From: Octopus vulgaris
Taxonomy: Eukaryota
Length of the DNA stretch: 64,000 nucleotides
Assembly: GCA_951406725.2 (NCBI GenBank)
Contig: OX597821.1
Span: forward strand, 26,970,001 to 27,034,000
Reading direction: 5' to 3'
Shown here: positions 52,710 through 64,000 of the stretch, piece by piece
Layout: each line of letters opens with the position of its first letter
How positions within the stretch are numbered: position 1 is the first letter of the stretch
Made by a program: the position numbers and the translations under genes
Notes under the pieces: generated by a model
Databases searched by the model: none
The model's input: only the letters and a program-made list of their open reading frames with translations
What the model was told of the DNA's origin: nothing

Positions 52710-53116
52710 GTTATTATTATTATTATTTTGATAATACTAATAACTGAAACATCAAGAGGGAAGATAGTAATTATACGTTGGTGATCGTGGTGGCTTTGTT
52801 CAACTCGGTGGCGTTGATGATACGAAAGAAAAATTAAGATAACAGAAAATCAAATACACTAAATAAATAACGACAAAAAGACACATACACACACATACGT
52901 GCATGTACATACACATACACACGCACACACACGAGAGAGAGAGAGAGAGAGAAAGAGAGAAAGAGAGAAAGAGAGAAAGAAAGCAAGCTATATAGAAATG
53001 GAGATATAGAATGATGCAAAAAATATAACGAATTAAATGTGATAATTGATGGGGATGGAAACGACGCAAGCCGGACTAATTAAATACTACTATTGCAGAT
53101 ACTACTACTGCTGCTG

Positions 53117-53204
<88 letters not shown>

Positions 53205-53219
53205 CAATAATAATAATGC

Positions 53220-53408
53220 TTACTACTAAATACACAGGCATGAAATTTGAGGTAGGTGTAATAGTGGATTATATCGACCCCAGTGTTTCATTGTTACTTA
53301 ATTCATAGATCCCGAAAGGATGAAAGGCAAAGACGACACCGGCGGATTTTGAATCCAGAAAGTGAAGACGGGCGAAATACCGGTAACGATTCTGCTAGCG
53401 CACAGCAC
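53220..53408 (-). mobile_element. SINE family A inside (AAT)n
   Basis: TATCGACCCCAGTG..CCCGAAAGGATGAAAGGCAAAG..GGCGAAATACCG.TAACGATTCTGC. Confidence 0.82.
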
Positions 53409-53494
<86 letters not shown>

Positions 53495-54696
53495 TAATAA
53501 TAAGTAGTTCCACTGGTCAGACGTGAATTGGGTCATGGCACAGCGGTAAGGCGATGATATATGACGGAGGCGATGTATGCGTTCCCTACCTCTGTCCGGC
53601 CTTTCAGGAAAAAATAATAAGCGAGTTTATGTAGGATTTGCTGCTAGAATTAGCAGCACACCTCATTCAACCACAAATTGTTACTTAGATGCTGTACACC
53701 TGGCTTGATGCTATTGTATTTGACATCTGAAATATTTACACTCCATATCGTTTCATGTAGTGTTATGGGCGAGAGAAGCATCATCAGATTCACATTTAAT
53801 ATGGTATTGTCCTTCAAAGATTTTGAAGTGTTGTTTGATGGGAAATCTTGACTTCTGTTTGATGTAGGCCTAACGATCACTCTAATATCCACTCAGTTAA
53901 AGTTCATGTTCCGTATCGCGGTGTTTGAGATCAAAAGAAATAAAATAAAGTACATTGACTCTTTATTTGGAGAGGTACTCTCTTTTGAATTTAAGTATCA
54001 AATGGAACGTCCTGGTTATCATCTAAAATGAAAATAATAGTGCCCGAATATTGCACGTCAAGCCAACTGGTACTCTAGTACACGTGACTGAAGTAAAATG
54101 CGTTAATGGAATGCTAACTGAAACAAACTACTTCTTATTCTTATCGTAAATATTGTACTACCAGCATAAAAGTTAAGCGAAGCCAATAAATCTTCAACAT
54201 CATTTGTAGCATAGTTTGCCGTTCCCAGCATCACCATTGCCCCCGTAACTGTTGTCATTCTCCATTGTCACCATTTTCGCTGTCCTCGTCGTCGTCTTCA
54301 TCATCTTCGTCATCAATATTGTCATCACCAATATCATCATCATCATCATCTTTGTGTTCGTTGACTTGGTCATCGCCCGTTCTCGTGGTCATCGCCCGTC
54401 TTCTCCGCCTCCTCCCTTCCTATCTCTTTGTCCTCTACCTCCACCTCTTCCTCCTCTCCCTGTTCGTCCTCTTCGTCATCACCATCACCATCACCATCGC
54501 CACAGTTTCGTGTGTGAGCCAGCTTATACTTCACCATCTATAATCATCATGCACAGGTATGTGTATGGATGCATTACTGCGTGAGTGTTTCTGTAAGTGT
54601 TTTTGTACGAGTGACTGTGTGTTTGTACGTTTCCGTGTACTCGTAGAGTTATTTCACAAACTCTATGAAACAGATTAATCTTAATTAGTCGTACAA

Positions 54697-54738
<42 letters not shown>

Positions 54739-54944
54739 CTTTTCTTTGGCTGAGACTAATTATTGTTGAATGCATTGGCCCTAGCGTAAAGCAATATGAA
54801 TCTCTATAAAAATGTAGAACATCGAATAAACGCTAAAAACTATAATAAAACAGTAGGTTCCAAAGAAACTAGCAATAATAAAATAGTAATTACAAACGTG
54901 GTCACACAGTAGAATAATATTACATACCATAAAGAGGTAGAGAA

Positions 54945-54979
54945 GTCGAACATTTCAGGTCGAACTGCACGTCAGAGAC
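54945..54979 (-). ncRNA. Degenerate minimal hammerhead-like motif
   Basis: GTCT-CTGACGT-GCAGTTCGACCT-GAAA-TG-TT-CGAC; spacing identical to the 19875/36251 motifs, several core mismatches. Confidence 0.35.
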
Positions 54980-55585
54980 AGAAAACGAACTGTTTGTCAG
55001 TGGGGGTGAATAAACCAGCCCAAAGTGCTTAACTACAATTTTTCTCCGTACCATAAAAGATTAAAAGTGTTGGGCATTAAATGAAACCCATTAACATTTC
55101 TGAACACTAAGCTTGCATATATACTTGTATTATTTTATTCATTTGCTTCTTTCCTTTATTGAACATCGGTCATACTAGACCACTGTACTGAGGTCACTCA
55201 TATCAATAACAGCATTACGCTCTTTTTATATTTATTGAATACCAGTGCATTAGTGTTCGGCATATGGGAAAGTATTTTTATAGTAGTTCGCACACATTGA
55301 GGTACACATGCAAATACGTACAGACACACATACATACAAATATATCACCTTTATCAGCGTCAAGCAGGTGATTAAATATAAGCGAACTATAAGATAGCTA
55401 AAATATGTTCGTGATACATTTCAAAGTTTAAACGGAAATTTATTGCAATTAATATGAAGAAAAACTTCTTTCTGATGGTAAAATGTGTACCCGTTATCGA
55501 ATTCCCAGACTCAGGGTTTCTAGCTGTTAGCTATCCTCGATGTGGAATACTAAAGAGAGATAACTCTGGCAGATTTAAAGCCGTA

Positions 55586-56009
55586 ACTCTTTACTCTTTA
55601 CTCTTTTACTTGTTTCAGACACTTGACTGTAGTCATGCTGGAACATCGCCTTTCGTCGAGCAAATCGACCCCAGGACTTATTCTTTGTAAGCCTAGTACT
55701 TATTTTATTGGTGTCTTTTACCGAACCGCTAAGTTACGGGGACGTAAACACACCAGCATCGGTTGTCAATCGATGTTGGGGGGACAAACACAGACACATA
55801 AACATATACACACACATACATATACATATATATATATACATATATACGACAGGCATCTTTCGGTTTCCGTCTACCAAATCCACTCACAAGACTTTGGTCG
55901 GCCCGATGCTATAGTAGAAGACACTTGCCCAAGGTGCCACGCAGTGGGACTGAACCCGGAACCATGTGGTTGGTAAGCAAGCTACTTACCACACAGCCAC
56001 TCCTACGCC
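55586..56009 (-). mobile_element. SINE family B, full length
   Basis: Matches 10772-11196. Confidence 0.92.
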
Positions 56010-56714
56010 TAACCTTAACTAATAAACAACAACATTGCTAGAGTTGCGCTATCAGACCCCACGTTTGGGATAAATCAGCAATATCAATATCAAGCAGTTA
56101 TTAGGCGTAAGCCAACTTTAGGTTAGTTCCCGTTGATGAAATCAAAAGAGCCAGAAATGCTGCGCCTGGGAATCCAGTATGGGAGAACACTGGGCAGACA
56201 CGATGTTTTCATATATTTCACCATGAGAGGGAATTATTTCTCCACGGTAACTACAGTGAATTTGCCTTTAGAAGTTGAAATATGTGACAAAAATATTTTA
56301 ACTAACCTTTTAGATTCTAGATAACCGAATGATTGAAATCGAGATAAGATCTACATCTCAAAAAATGTACAATCCAAAGCTCTCTAGGAAAAAAATCTTC
56401 TGTAATATTTGTCGGACTTGGCCGATTAAAGACATGATTCACTCATCATACACGGATACATTTAGGGATCAACTTAGAATCAAATTCACTTCGTTTTTCA
56501 GATAAATATGTCTTAAAATATTGAATATTGTAATATAAACTGGAATTATTTCTCAGGAGCAAACTCTTCTTGTATGAATAAGAAATTTTTTTATCTACAA
56601 TGGGTAGCGTAGCAAAACACATCATCAATCCAGATTTTAAATAGATTCTCATAAAAATATGCTCCAACTAAAGACAGATGCCGAAAAATCTACAAATATT
56701 TAAAACCATTGATA

Positions 56715-57523
56715 TCAGGTCATCCTATAATTTCTGTCCGAATTTTGAATAAAGAAAACAAGTGATCAAATGTTATATTTAATTGAAATTTAATCATCAA
56801 TGTACTTTCTCTAACTATCTATGATTCACTGTTTTGTTTACGATGTTTAACATTTCGATAGAAAATGCATTTTTTGTCACCAGTCACAAGTCTATCCAAC
56901 AAAGGCGAAATGAGTTCGCGAGAATGGAAAGAAGAGCAGATGTCAACTTGGGATTTGCGGTTGCTTTCGGATAATATATGAGGCATCCATTTTCCAAGTT
57001 TAGGAAAATGTTTTCCAAGTTGTTGAAGATGACGATGAACAGTTGTATGGTTTGAACTAAGTTTTATTGCCAATTCTTCAACTAATAATGCAGGGTTTTC
57101 TTCAAGTAATGCCTGAAGGAGATTATCATCAGACTCAACTGCTCGTCCTGTTCGATCTTCATCTTCAAGGCTGCAATCTCCAATTCTGAATTTTGCAAAC
57201 CATCTTCTGCAAGTTCTTTCATTCAACAATTCTTTCCTATAAACTGAGTGTATGTTTCGATTAGCTTCTGCTGCAGAGTTTCCTTTTTTGTACTCATAAA
57301 GCATTATAATACTCAAATGCTCTTTGAATACTTCCATGTTAGAAAGGTTTTTAATCAAAGAAATTTTAATTCTATTATTCAGTAAAATAATATTTAATTA
57401 GTTTAAATGTACACAAATGCATAAAAATAATTTTTAATTCTATTAGACATTCTAAAATACTATCAAATTTCATTCAATTTAAAAAAAAAGGTAAATACGG
57501 ACAGAACTTATGGGATGACCTGA
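56715..57523 (-). mobile_element. Internally deleted mariner transposon with 31-bp TIRs and TA TSD
   Basis: TA|TCAGGTCATCCTATAATTTCTGTCCGAATTT versus reverse complement TCAGGTCATCCCATAAGTTCTGTCCGTATTT|TA (28/31). Confidence 0.93.
56819..57358 (-). pseudogene. Mariner (Mos1/Hsmar1-like) transposase N-terminal part
   Basis: LYEYKKGNSAAEA, RRWFAKFR.GD.SLEDEDRTGR, KWMPHIL (WVPHEL), LVTGDKKCIFY (first catalytic D); rest of the DD34D domain absent. Confidence 0.9.
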
Positions 57524-58054
57524 TAGATCACGATTGACTTATCAACGGTGTATCTTGATCAGCATACCTAATAGGTGTCTAAAATTACAAATAATTTTTA
57601 GTTGTCAGTATTGCTGAAATGAGGAAAAAATACCTAATCAAATTTCCATTGAGAGCTTATCGTTTGGATGAAACTTTTTAGAATATCATGAAACATTTCA
57701 GAATAAGTTCTAATTCTTTTATTTTTTATACTTACATTAGCTTTTATCTATATTTTCTTCTGTTTTGATGAGAGTAACCGGAATTCAATGTATGTACGTA
57801 GGCGATCTTCAGTAAAATTTTGCCTTGAAACATCTTCTAGGCAAGATCCCAAGCCATATTCGGGCTTCAGCATGCATTCAAATTTCTCAAACTTTCGAAT
57901 TGGCGAATATTACTTAGCACATACAAGATTTTATAATTGTACATGCAAGTATATAAATAATTTTATGTACATTCGAGTGTGGCGTGGGACATCAGTAGAC
58001 TTGTCTGTATGTATATATATATATGTATATATATATTGTTGTATTTCGGAATGG

Positions 58055-58085
<31 letters not shown>

Positions 58086-58088
<3 letters not shown>

Positions 58089-58258
58089 CTAGCCACTATA
58101 CATTCTTTATTTTCTCTCCTTGTTTCTTTCCGTGTTCCTTTCTGTGGAAGGTCCTAGGCTCGAAACGTTAAAGACTTTTTCACTTCTCGAGGGTTATAGT
58201 AATGCATCTGTTTGTTGTCTGTACCACCTATCTTCGTCTTTTGTTTTTGGGGAATTCT

Positions 58259-58262
<4 letters not shown>
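58086..58262 (+). mobile_element. ~175-bp (TA)n-embedded element with minimal hammerhead-like motif at 58138-58173
   Basis: CTTT-CTGTGGA-AGGTCCTAGGCTC-GAAA-CG-TT-AAAG; (TA)n on both sides. Confidence 0.65.
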
Positions 58263-58335
<73 letters not shown>

Positions 58336-58336
58336 G

Positions 58337-58709
58337 GGAGGTGCAATGTGTTTAGGCAGCAGTCTCGCGGACGTAGGATCGCATTTTCGATTCCCAGATT
58401 GGGCATTATGAGTGTTTATTGAGCGAAAACATCTAAAGCGCAACGAAGCTCTGGCAATAGGATTGCCGATCCCTCCTGTACTCTTTCACCACAGCTTTCT
58501 CTCACTCTTTATTCCTGTTTCTGCTGTACTTGTATCTCGAAGGGCCAGCCTTGTTCTACTCTGTGTCACGCTGAATCTCCCCGAGAACTACGTTAAGGGT
58601 ACACGTGTCTGTGGAGCGCTCAGTCACATGCACGTTAATTTAATGAGTAGGCTATTACGTTGATCGGATCAAATGGAAGCCTCATCCTCGTAACCGAGGA
58701 GTGCCACGA
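58337..58709 (+). mobile_element. SINE family C with a third tail type
   Basis: GGAGGTGCAATG..TTTCGATTCCCAGA..GTTTATTGAGCGAAAAC..CTTTCTCTCACTCTTT then a tail unlike the 24998 and 44690 copies. Confidence 0.85.
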
Positions 58710-58977
58710 TATATATCATAAATTTCAGAAGTCAGTCTTCTTAATCACTCAATATATTTCACAGCATCGAGATACTTCGCACCATACATAGTTGCACTCA
58801 TATATATATTGGAAAGGTAATCAGTTGTGCTGTGTAAGGGGATAGTTATACTAATTTTTCTTCATTATTCATGTATACTAGCTGGACTCGTGAAAAAATC
58901 ACGGAAAATATAGGAAAAGTAAGTATCTGTAAAGTGTGCGCTGGTGCCATGAGAAATGTTTCTATATTGTGACAGTT

Positions 58978-60780
58978 AAGGCCGGCGAGCTGACAGAATC
59001 AATTTGCAAGCCGGGCGAAAAGCTTCGCGATATATCGTCTATGTGAGTTGTACGAGCTTGTTTGTTTGGTTTGTAGTTCTTTGTGCTGCGTTTGCAGCGG
59101 TTTTTGAGTTGTGCTGTCTCTCGGTAGTACTGAGAGATGGCAGGTGGAAGTCATGTGTATTCGGACCTAAGCGAAACTGAGTTGTCCGCTTCTGAGGGAG
59201 AACTGGTTAAGGCAGTAACGATGTTGGACGCATGTCTGGAAAAGAAAAGTTTTGCAGAGGTAACTGAGATGAGAAGGAAGAAAATAAACATGGCAAATAT
59301 GGAAAGAGACAGTAGAATGGCTGTAAAGGTAGGGGACGACGTGAGGTTGTCTCCACCGCAGACAAGGATGGAGGAAATCCAAAAGAAGATGGTAACGTAC
59401 AAAGTTTACTCAGTTGAGAAAAAGAGAGTCGACCACATAGAGGAGAAAGAGATAGACATGGCGCTGATGACAGTCTGGCCAGAGGTAGCAAGTTCGGGAT
59501 GATTATTGTTCATTATAAAACAGAGGAAAGAGCGATAGCCGACGCTGCCAAAGTGTTAAAAACGGAAAAGGTTGTCCTCTTGCCGTCTTACATGGGCAAG
59601 AGGATTGCCAAAAATCAAAGTGGATGGGATTCCCCCTGAAATCGATGTCGCTTGGGTGGTTGCGGCTCTCTTTATTATAAGAGAAAAAGAGGTGAAGGTA
59701 ATTCAAGCGGAAGTGATGGAAGAAGCAACATGGAAGGGACAAATCATCGAAATTACCGTCCAAGCTGAAGCGGAGGTCCTCAAAGTGCTCTCCGAGAACC
59801 TGTGGATTGGGGATTTGATCCTGAAAGTTTGGATGGAGGACAGGATTCCTTGCTGCTTTAAATTGTGGCCCAGAAAGGCCACATAAGAGTGAACTGCCCT
59901 CCACCACTCAAAATGGTAGAAGAGCGACAGGAGAGGATATAAGCAGTAGAAAGAGAAACTCCAGTATTAGAAGATAGGGAATGGGAAATAGCCGGGAAAG
60001 GAAAAAAAGAAAAAGAAAGAAAGTAAGTACTTGTAAACCCCCAATCCACCCAGTACCCTCCCTCTCCCTTTTCCCCACACCCTCCCCATGCAAGCTCCAA
60101 ACCTACCCATTCCCCTCCAACAACAAAACAAAAGAAATGCAAACACACATGATGTAGATATGGCTCCCTCTCCCCCTGTTTGTTTCGCTTGCGTTTTGTA
60201 TGCGGAGGCGGAGGGTGAAGTTGTAATCCTGGCGAGCGAGTGGAAGGATGTGGTCGAAGTGGAATTCTTCGATGTAGATGGTGATCCCATTATATGCCAA
60301 TTGTTAAATAAGGCACAAATGGAGATAGTAAAAAAGTATGATAAGGGTATTGAGTTGTGGAAGGTGATCGGGGAAAGAGAGCAATTGCCAAAACAGACCT
60401 GTTATATCGAACTAAAAAAGTACTACGGTATTGAACTGCTGAATTTTAGATAAGTGTGATTGAACGGTAAAACGGTTTCAATGTAACCACTCGACTTCGG
60501 AGGTCGAGTGGGCATTCCGCCTCATTATATCATCTTTTTCATGATTCATTCATTTCTTTTAATTTTGCTTCTTTCTTTATGCTTCCTTTTTTTAAATTTT
60601 AGTTCCCCGATATTGAGCACGTACCTTCTATGTTGGCCCCTGGAGGGTCATAAAGAAATAGGTATTTAGTCTGCCTTTACGTTCTGAGTTCAAATTCTGT
60701 CAAGGTAGACTTTGCCTTTCATCCTTTCGGGGGTCGATAAATTAAGTACCAGTTGCGTACTAGGTTCCATCTAATCGACT
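58978..60780 (+). mobile_element. Family-A SINE split by a 1.6-kb insertion (5' part 58978-59040, 3' part 60661-60780)
   Basis: AAGGCCGGCGAGCTGACAGAATC..GCCGGGCGAAAAGCTTCGCGATATATCGTCT | insert | GGTATTTAGTCTGCCTTTACGTTCTGAGTTCAAATTC..CTTTCATCCTTTCGGGG. Confidence 0.9.
59041..60660 (+). mobile_element. ORF1/gag-only non-autonomous non-LTR element (HAL1-like, probably Tx1/L1-derived), frameshifted
   Basis: ORF pieces 59137-59502, 59572-59886, 60088-60453; PKIKVDGIPPEID; frameshifted CFK-C-GQKGHIRVNC (CX2CX4HX4C) at ~59855-59900; no EN or RT; 3' UTR hairpin, T-rich tract, ATAAAGAAATA end; ~12-bp degenerate TSD. Confidence 0.75.
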
Positions 60781-61706
60781 ATTTGATGGAATCAGACAAC
60801 CTGTTGCTTGTATTATGATTTATTCAGAATATTAAGAGAGTGCAGACTTTTGGCAAAATTATCGTGTATATTGTCGCGTGTCTTAATATGGCGACATAAC
60901 TAGCAATTGTCATCTATGTTATCAAAGGAAATATTGACTACCTTTGTCTCAATTATCATTCATAGGCTCTAACCTTTCGTTCACAAAACTGTATCGAAAT
61001 GACAGCCATTTGAATCGTGTTGTCATCATAAAAAGTAGCAGGCTCCAGTCGGGGTCGAGACAAACAGGGAATGGTTTCAGATCCTTCCACATAACATAAT
61101 TTATGAAAGTCAAACAATTGTGAAACCGGTTGTTATAAGTTCCATAATTTTTCCTTCTCTCTCCCTCCTCTATTTTAAAATTTTCTAACTTCCTTTAGTC
61201 ATTGCAATGTGTTTTTGATGGGGCACCACCTTCAAAGGATTTAATCGTATAAATTGACCCTAGAACTTTAAAGTCTGCTGCTTATACAAATGGCGTAGCC
61301 GAAGTTAAGGGGAGGTATTGTGGGTAAGATAAACACAGACACAAGGATACACACACGCATATATCTATATATTCTACGTGATCCCGCACAGTCATTTTCA
61401 ACGTAATTCACTTTAGTCGAACGGCAGCTATATTTGATGACACTTGCCGCGCAGAAGGACTGCATGCGGAACCATGTGCTTTGAAAGCAAGCTTCTTAAC
61501 AACAGAGCTTGGATTGCACCTTTACACACGGACACGCATACACACTCTCATCCCCCCCACACACACACACATTAATACGTATGTGAATATGTGTGTGTAT
61601 GAGTGTGTGAGTGCAAGTGCGTGGCTGTGAGTATAATTATTAAAGCCGGTGGATGGCACTAAATTAATTTCAATTTCCTCGTTCGATGTATATGCATATG
61701 TACATA

Positions 61707-61931
61707 TACTCTTTACTCTTTACCCTTTTACTTCTTTCAGTCATTTGACTGCGGCCATGCTGGAGCACCGCCTTTAGTCGAGCAAATCGACCCCGGGGCA
61801 TATTCTTTGTAAGCCCAGTACTTATTCTATTGGTCTCTATTGCCGAACCGCTAAGTGACGAGGGCGTAAACACACCAGCATCGGTTGTCAAGCAATGCTA
61901 GGGGGACAAACACACACACACATACACACAT

Positions 61932-61978
<47 letters not shown>

Positions 61979-62142
61979 TACGACAGGCTTCTTTCAGTTT
62001 CCGTCTACCAAATCCACTCACAAGGCATTGGTCGGCCCGGGGCTATAGCAGAAGACACTTGCCCAAGATGCCACGCAGTGGGACTGAACCTAGAACCATG
62101 TGGTTGGTTAGCAAGCTACTTACCACACAGCCACTCCTGCGC
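61707..62142 (-). mobile_element. SINE family B, full length
   Basis: Matches 10772-11196. Confidence 0.92.
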
Positions 62143-63455
62143 ATATTGTGCATGTTTTCAAAACTTTTACTTCATAAAAAAAGAATATGTGGGTATGTTT
62201 GTGTGCAGAGAAAGATGGCATCGGATCAAGTGTGCTGCATGTGATATACGAAGAGTAATGCATTTTATGCGCAGATGTTAATTAAACTAACTTTCTCCAA
62301 AAGGTTAAAAGGTTTGCTTCAAAAGCAACTTCCGGAGGAAATATACAAATATCATTATTTCTTTATCCATAGGAACCGATATTAATGCTAGAAAATGAGT
62401 TTTAACTGAACAGTGATTAAAAATTATTTTAATAAGTGTACAATTTTGAAATATATATGACGCATTTTCACAAATTACTAATATATTATTTATAATGATC
62501 ACTAGCTAATTACCAATAGAACTGTAAAAAAACCAATCACCTATTTACTTTTAAATAACATCTAAGTTACAAAAACAAATGCGTCGTTATGTCTTATATT
62601 CCCATTAAGCTAATCACATGAATTCACGCATTAATAAAACTCTTCATTTCTATCCAACTTCTCTAATAAATATGATTAAATTTGCAGTTAGTAATTATTC
62701 CTCATAACTAAATAAACAGCCAAATTACTCACTTTCGGGTAGTATTATAAAATATTAGATATTGATGACATATAACATCATTTAATTCCTTTAGTCATTC
62801 TGTTATGAACGTGTTTCTCCTTTTCTCTCCCATATTCAAATGCTATAAATGCATATTTTGAATTACTCTTCGCTAGAACACACCATAGCATTAAATTGAG
62901 ATTTGAATGTTATGCTTATGTAGTTATAATGGGTGTCCCTGTGTTAGGGCGTATGAATGTATATGGACATGCGCGTAGGTGTGTGCGTATGTGTGTGTGT
63001 GTGTGTGTATAGGAGAATATGCAATTACAAATATAATATTTTTTGTAATAATTTCACTAACGTGCAACCAACCACCTATCTATATCACACTTAAAATTAG
63101 TTACTAATTTTCTAACTATCTCTTCCACTAAAACTACCTATAAAATTCTTTTGAATTTTTTCACTGTGCATTTTCAGATACAAGTGAAAAAAGGAAAAGA
63201 GCCGAAACACCTCATAGACGCCCATATCAATGTCTCTGTTTATTACCATTTAGATTATAATTTTATAAACATAACCTTCAATTCTCATTTAATGCTCTGG
63301 TGGGTTCTGCTTATGAGTGAATCAAACTGCGCATCTGTAAAATTTAACTTTTATACCATCGCATTAATACATGTTCAATTATCTATATGTGAGAATATAT
63401 ACATGCACACACTCAGCACGCACTCACAGACACACACACACACACACACACACAG

Positions 63456-63511
<56 letters not shown>

Positions 63512-63538
63512 GCACACACCCATATATATATATATATA

Positions 63539-63721
63539 CGAAGGGGTGCTGAAATGTTCTTGCCTTTAATAATACCACAAAATGCCTTTTACAGGGCTTA
63601 TAAAAACTAAAAGATCGTTGTAATATGTGAATCTGAGAAGGGAATATGTTGAATGAATTCATAATTACCTGATCCTGTGTCTTCTTTTAATAAAGGCCAG
63701 AAACTTTTGAGTACCTCGTCG
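63539..63721 (+). mobile_element. Mariner-derived MITE (~183 bp)
   Basis: TA|CGAAGGGGTGCTGAAATGTTCTTGCCTTTA versus reverse complement CGACGAGGTACTCAAAAGTTTCTGGCCTTTA|TA; interior keeps the transposase end NLRREYVE*. Confidence 0.75.
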
Positions 63722-63821
63722 TAGAAACATATGTTGGGCATTGTTAAACATGCTGTATGAAACCTTTTAAAAAAAGTTTTGGATGTGAGTACATCTCCAC
63801 TCGCCTCTTGTTTCTCAATTA

Positions 63822-63882
<61 letters not shown>

Positions 63883-63883
63883 A

Positions 63884-64000
63884 GGCGCAGAAGTGGCTGC
63901 GAGGTAAGAAACATGCTTACCAGCCAAATGTTTCCCGCTTTACGGCCACTGCGTTTGCAGCTTGGACAAATGTCTTCTATTATAGACTCGGGCCGACCAA
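63884..64000 (+). mobile_element. SINE family B, 5' part cut by the window edge
   Basis: GGCGCAGAAGTGGCTGCGAGGTAAG..TGTCTTCTATTATAG..GGGCCGACCAA. Confidence 0.85.

Overview
AT-rich, microsatellite-dense eukaryotic DNA made mostly of repeats. The tRNA-derived SINE families and the density of (TA)n/(AAT)n/(GATA)n arrays suggest an octopus (coleoid cephalopod) genome; this is an inference from recognised repeat types, not a database result. Almost all listed ORFs are microsatellite or SINE artefacts. Recognisable protein-coding remnants are all from mobile elements: a decayed Chapaev3-like (CMC) transposase (~2.2-3.7 kb, -), a 5'-truncated Tx1/L1-clade LINE (13.0-15.1 kb) whose 5' end is amplified into four 70-bp copies, four R4/Dong-type RLE retrotransposon fragments in (AAT)n arrays (45.9-52.7 kb, two of them ~99% identical), an internally deleted mariner with intact TIRs (56.7-57.5 kb), and a 1.6-kb gag/ORF1-only element inserted inside a SINE (59.0-60.7 kb). 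The last shares its 3' stem-loop tail with that SINE family. At least eight degenerate hammerhead-ribozyme-like motifs of the Penelope/retrozyme type occur in unrelated short elements, several lodged in (TA)n tracts. One possible host gene is visible: two phase-compatible exons on the minus strand (16571-16368, 15736-15587) encoding a transmembrane helix plus tail. All coordinates and identities were read by eye and may be off by a few bases.
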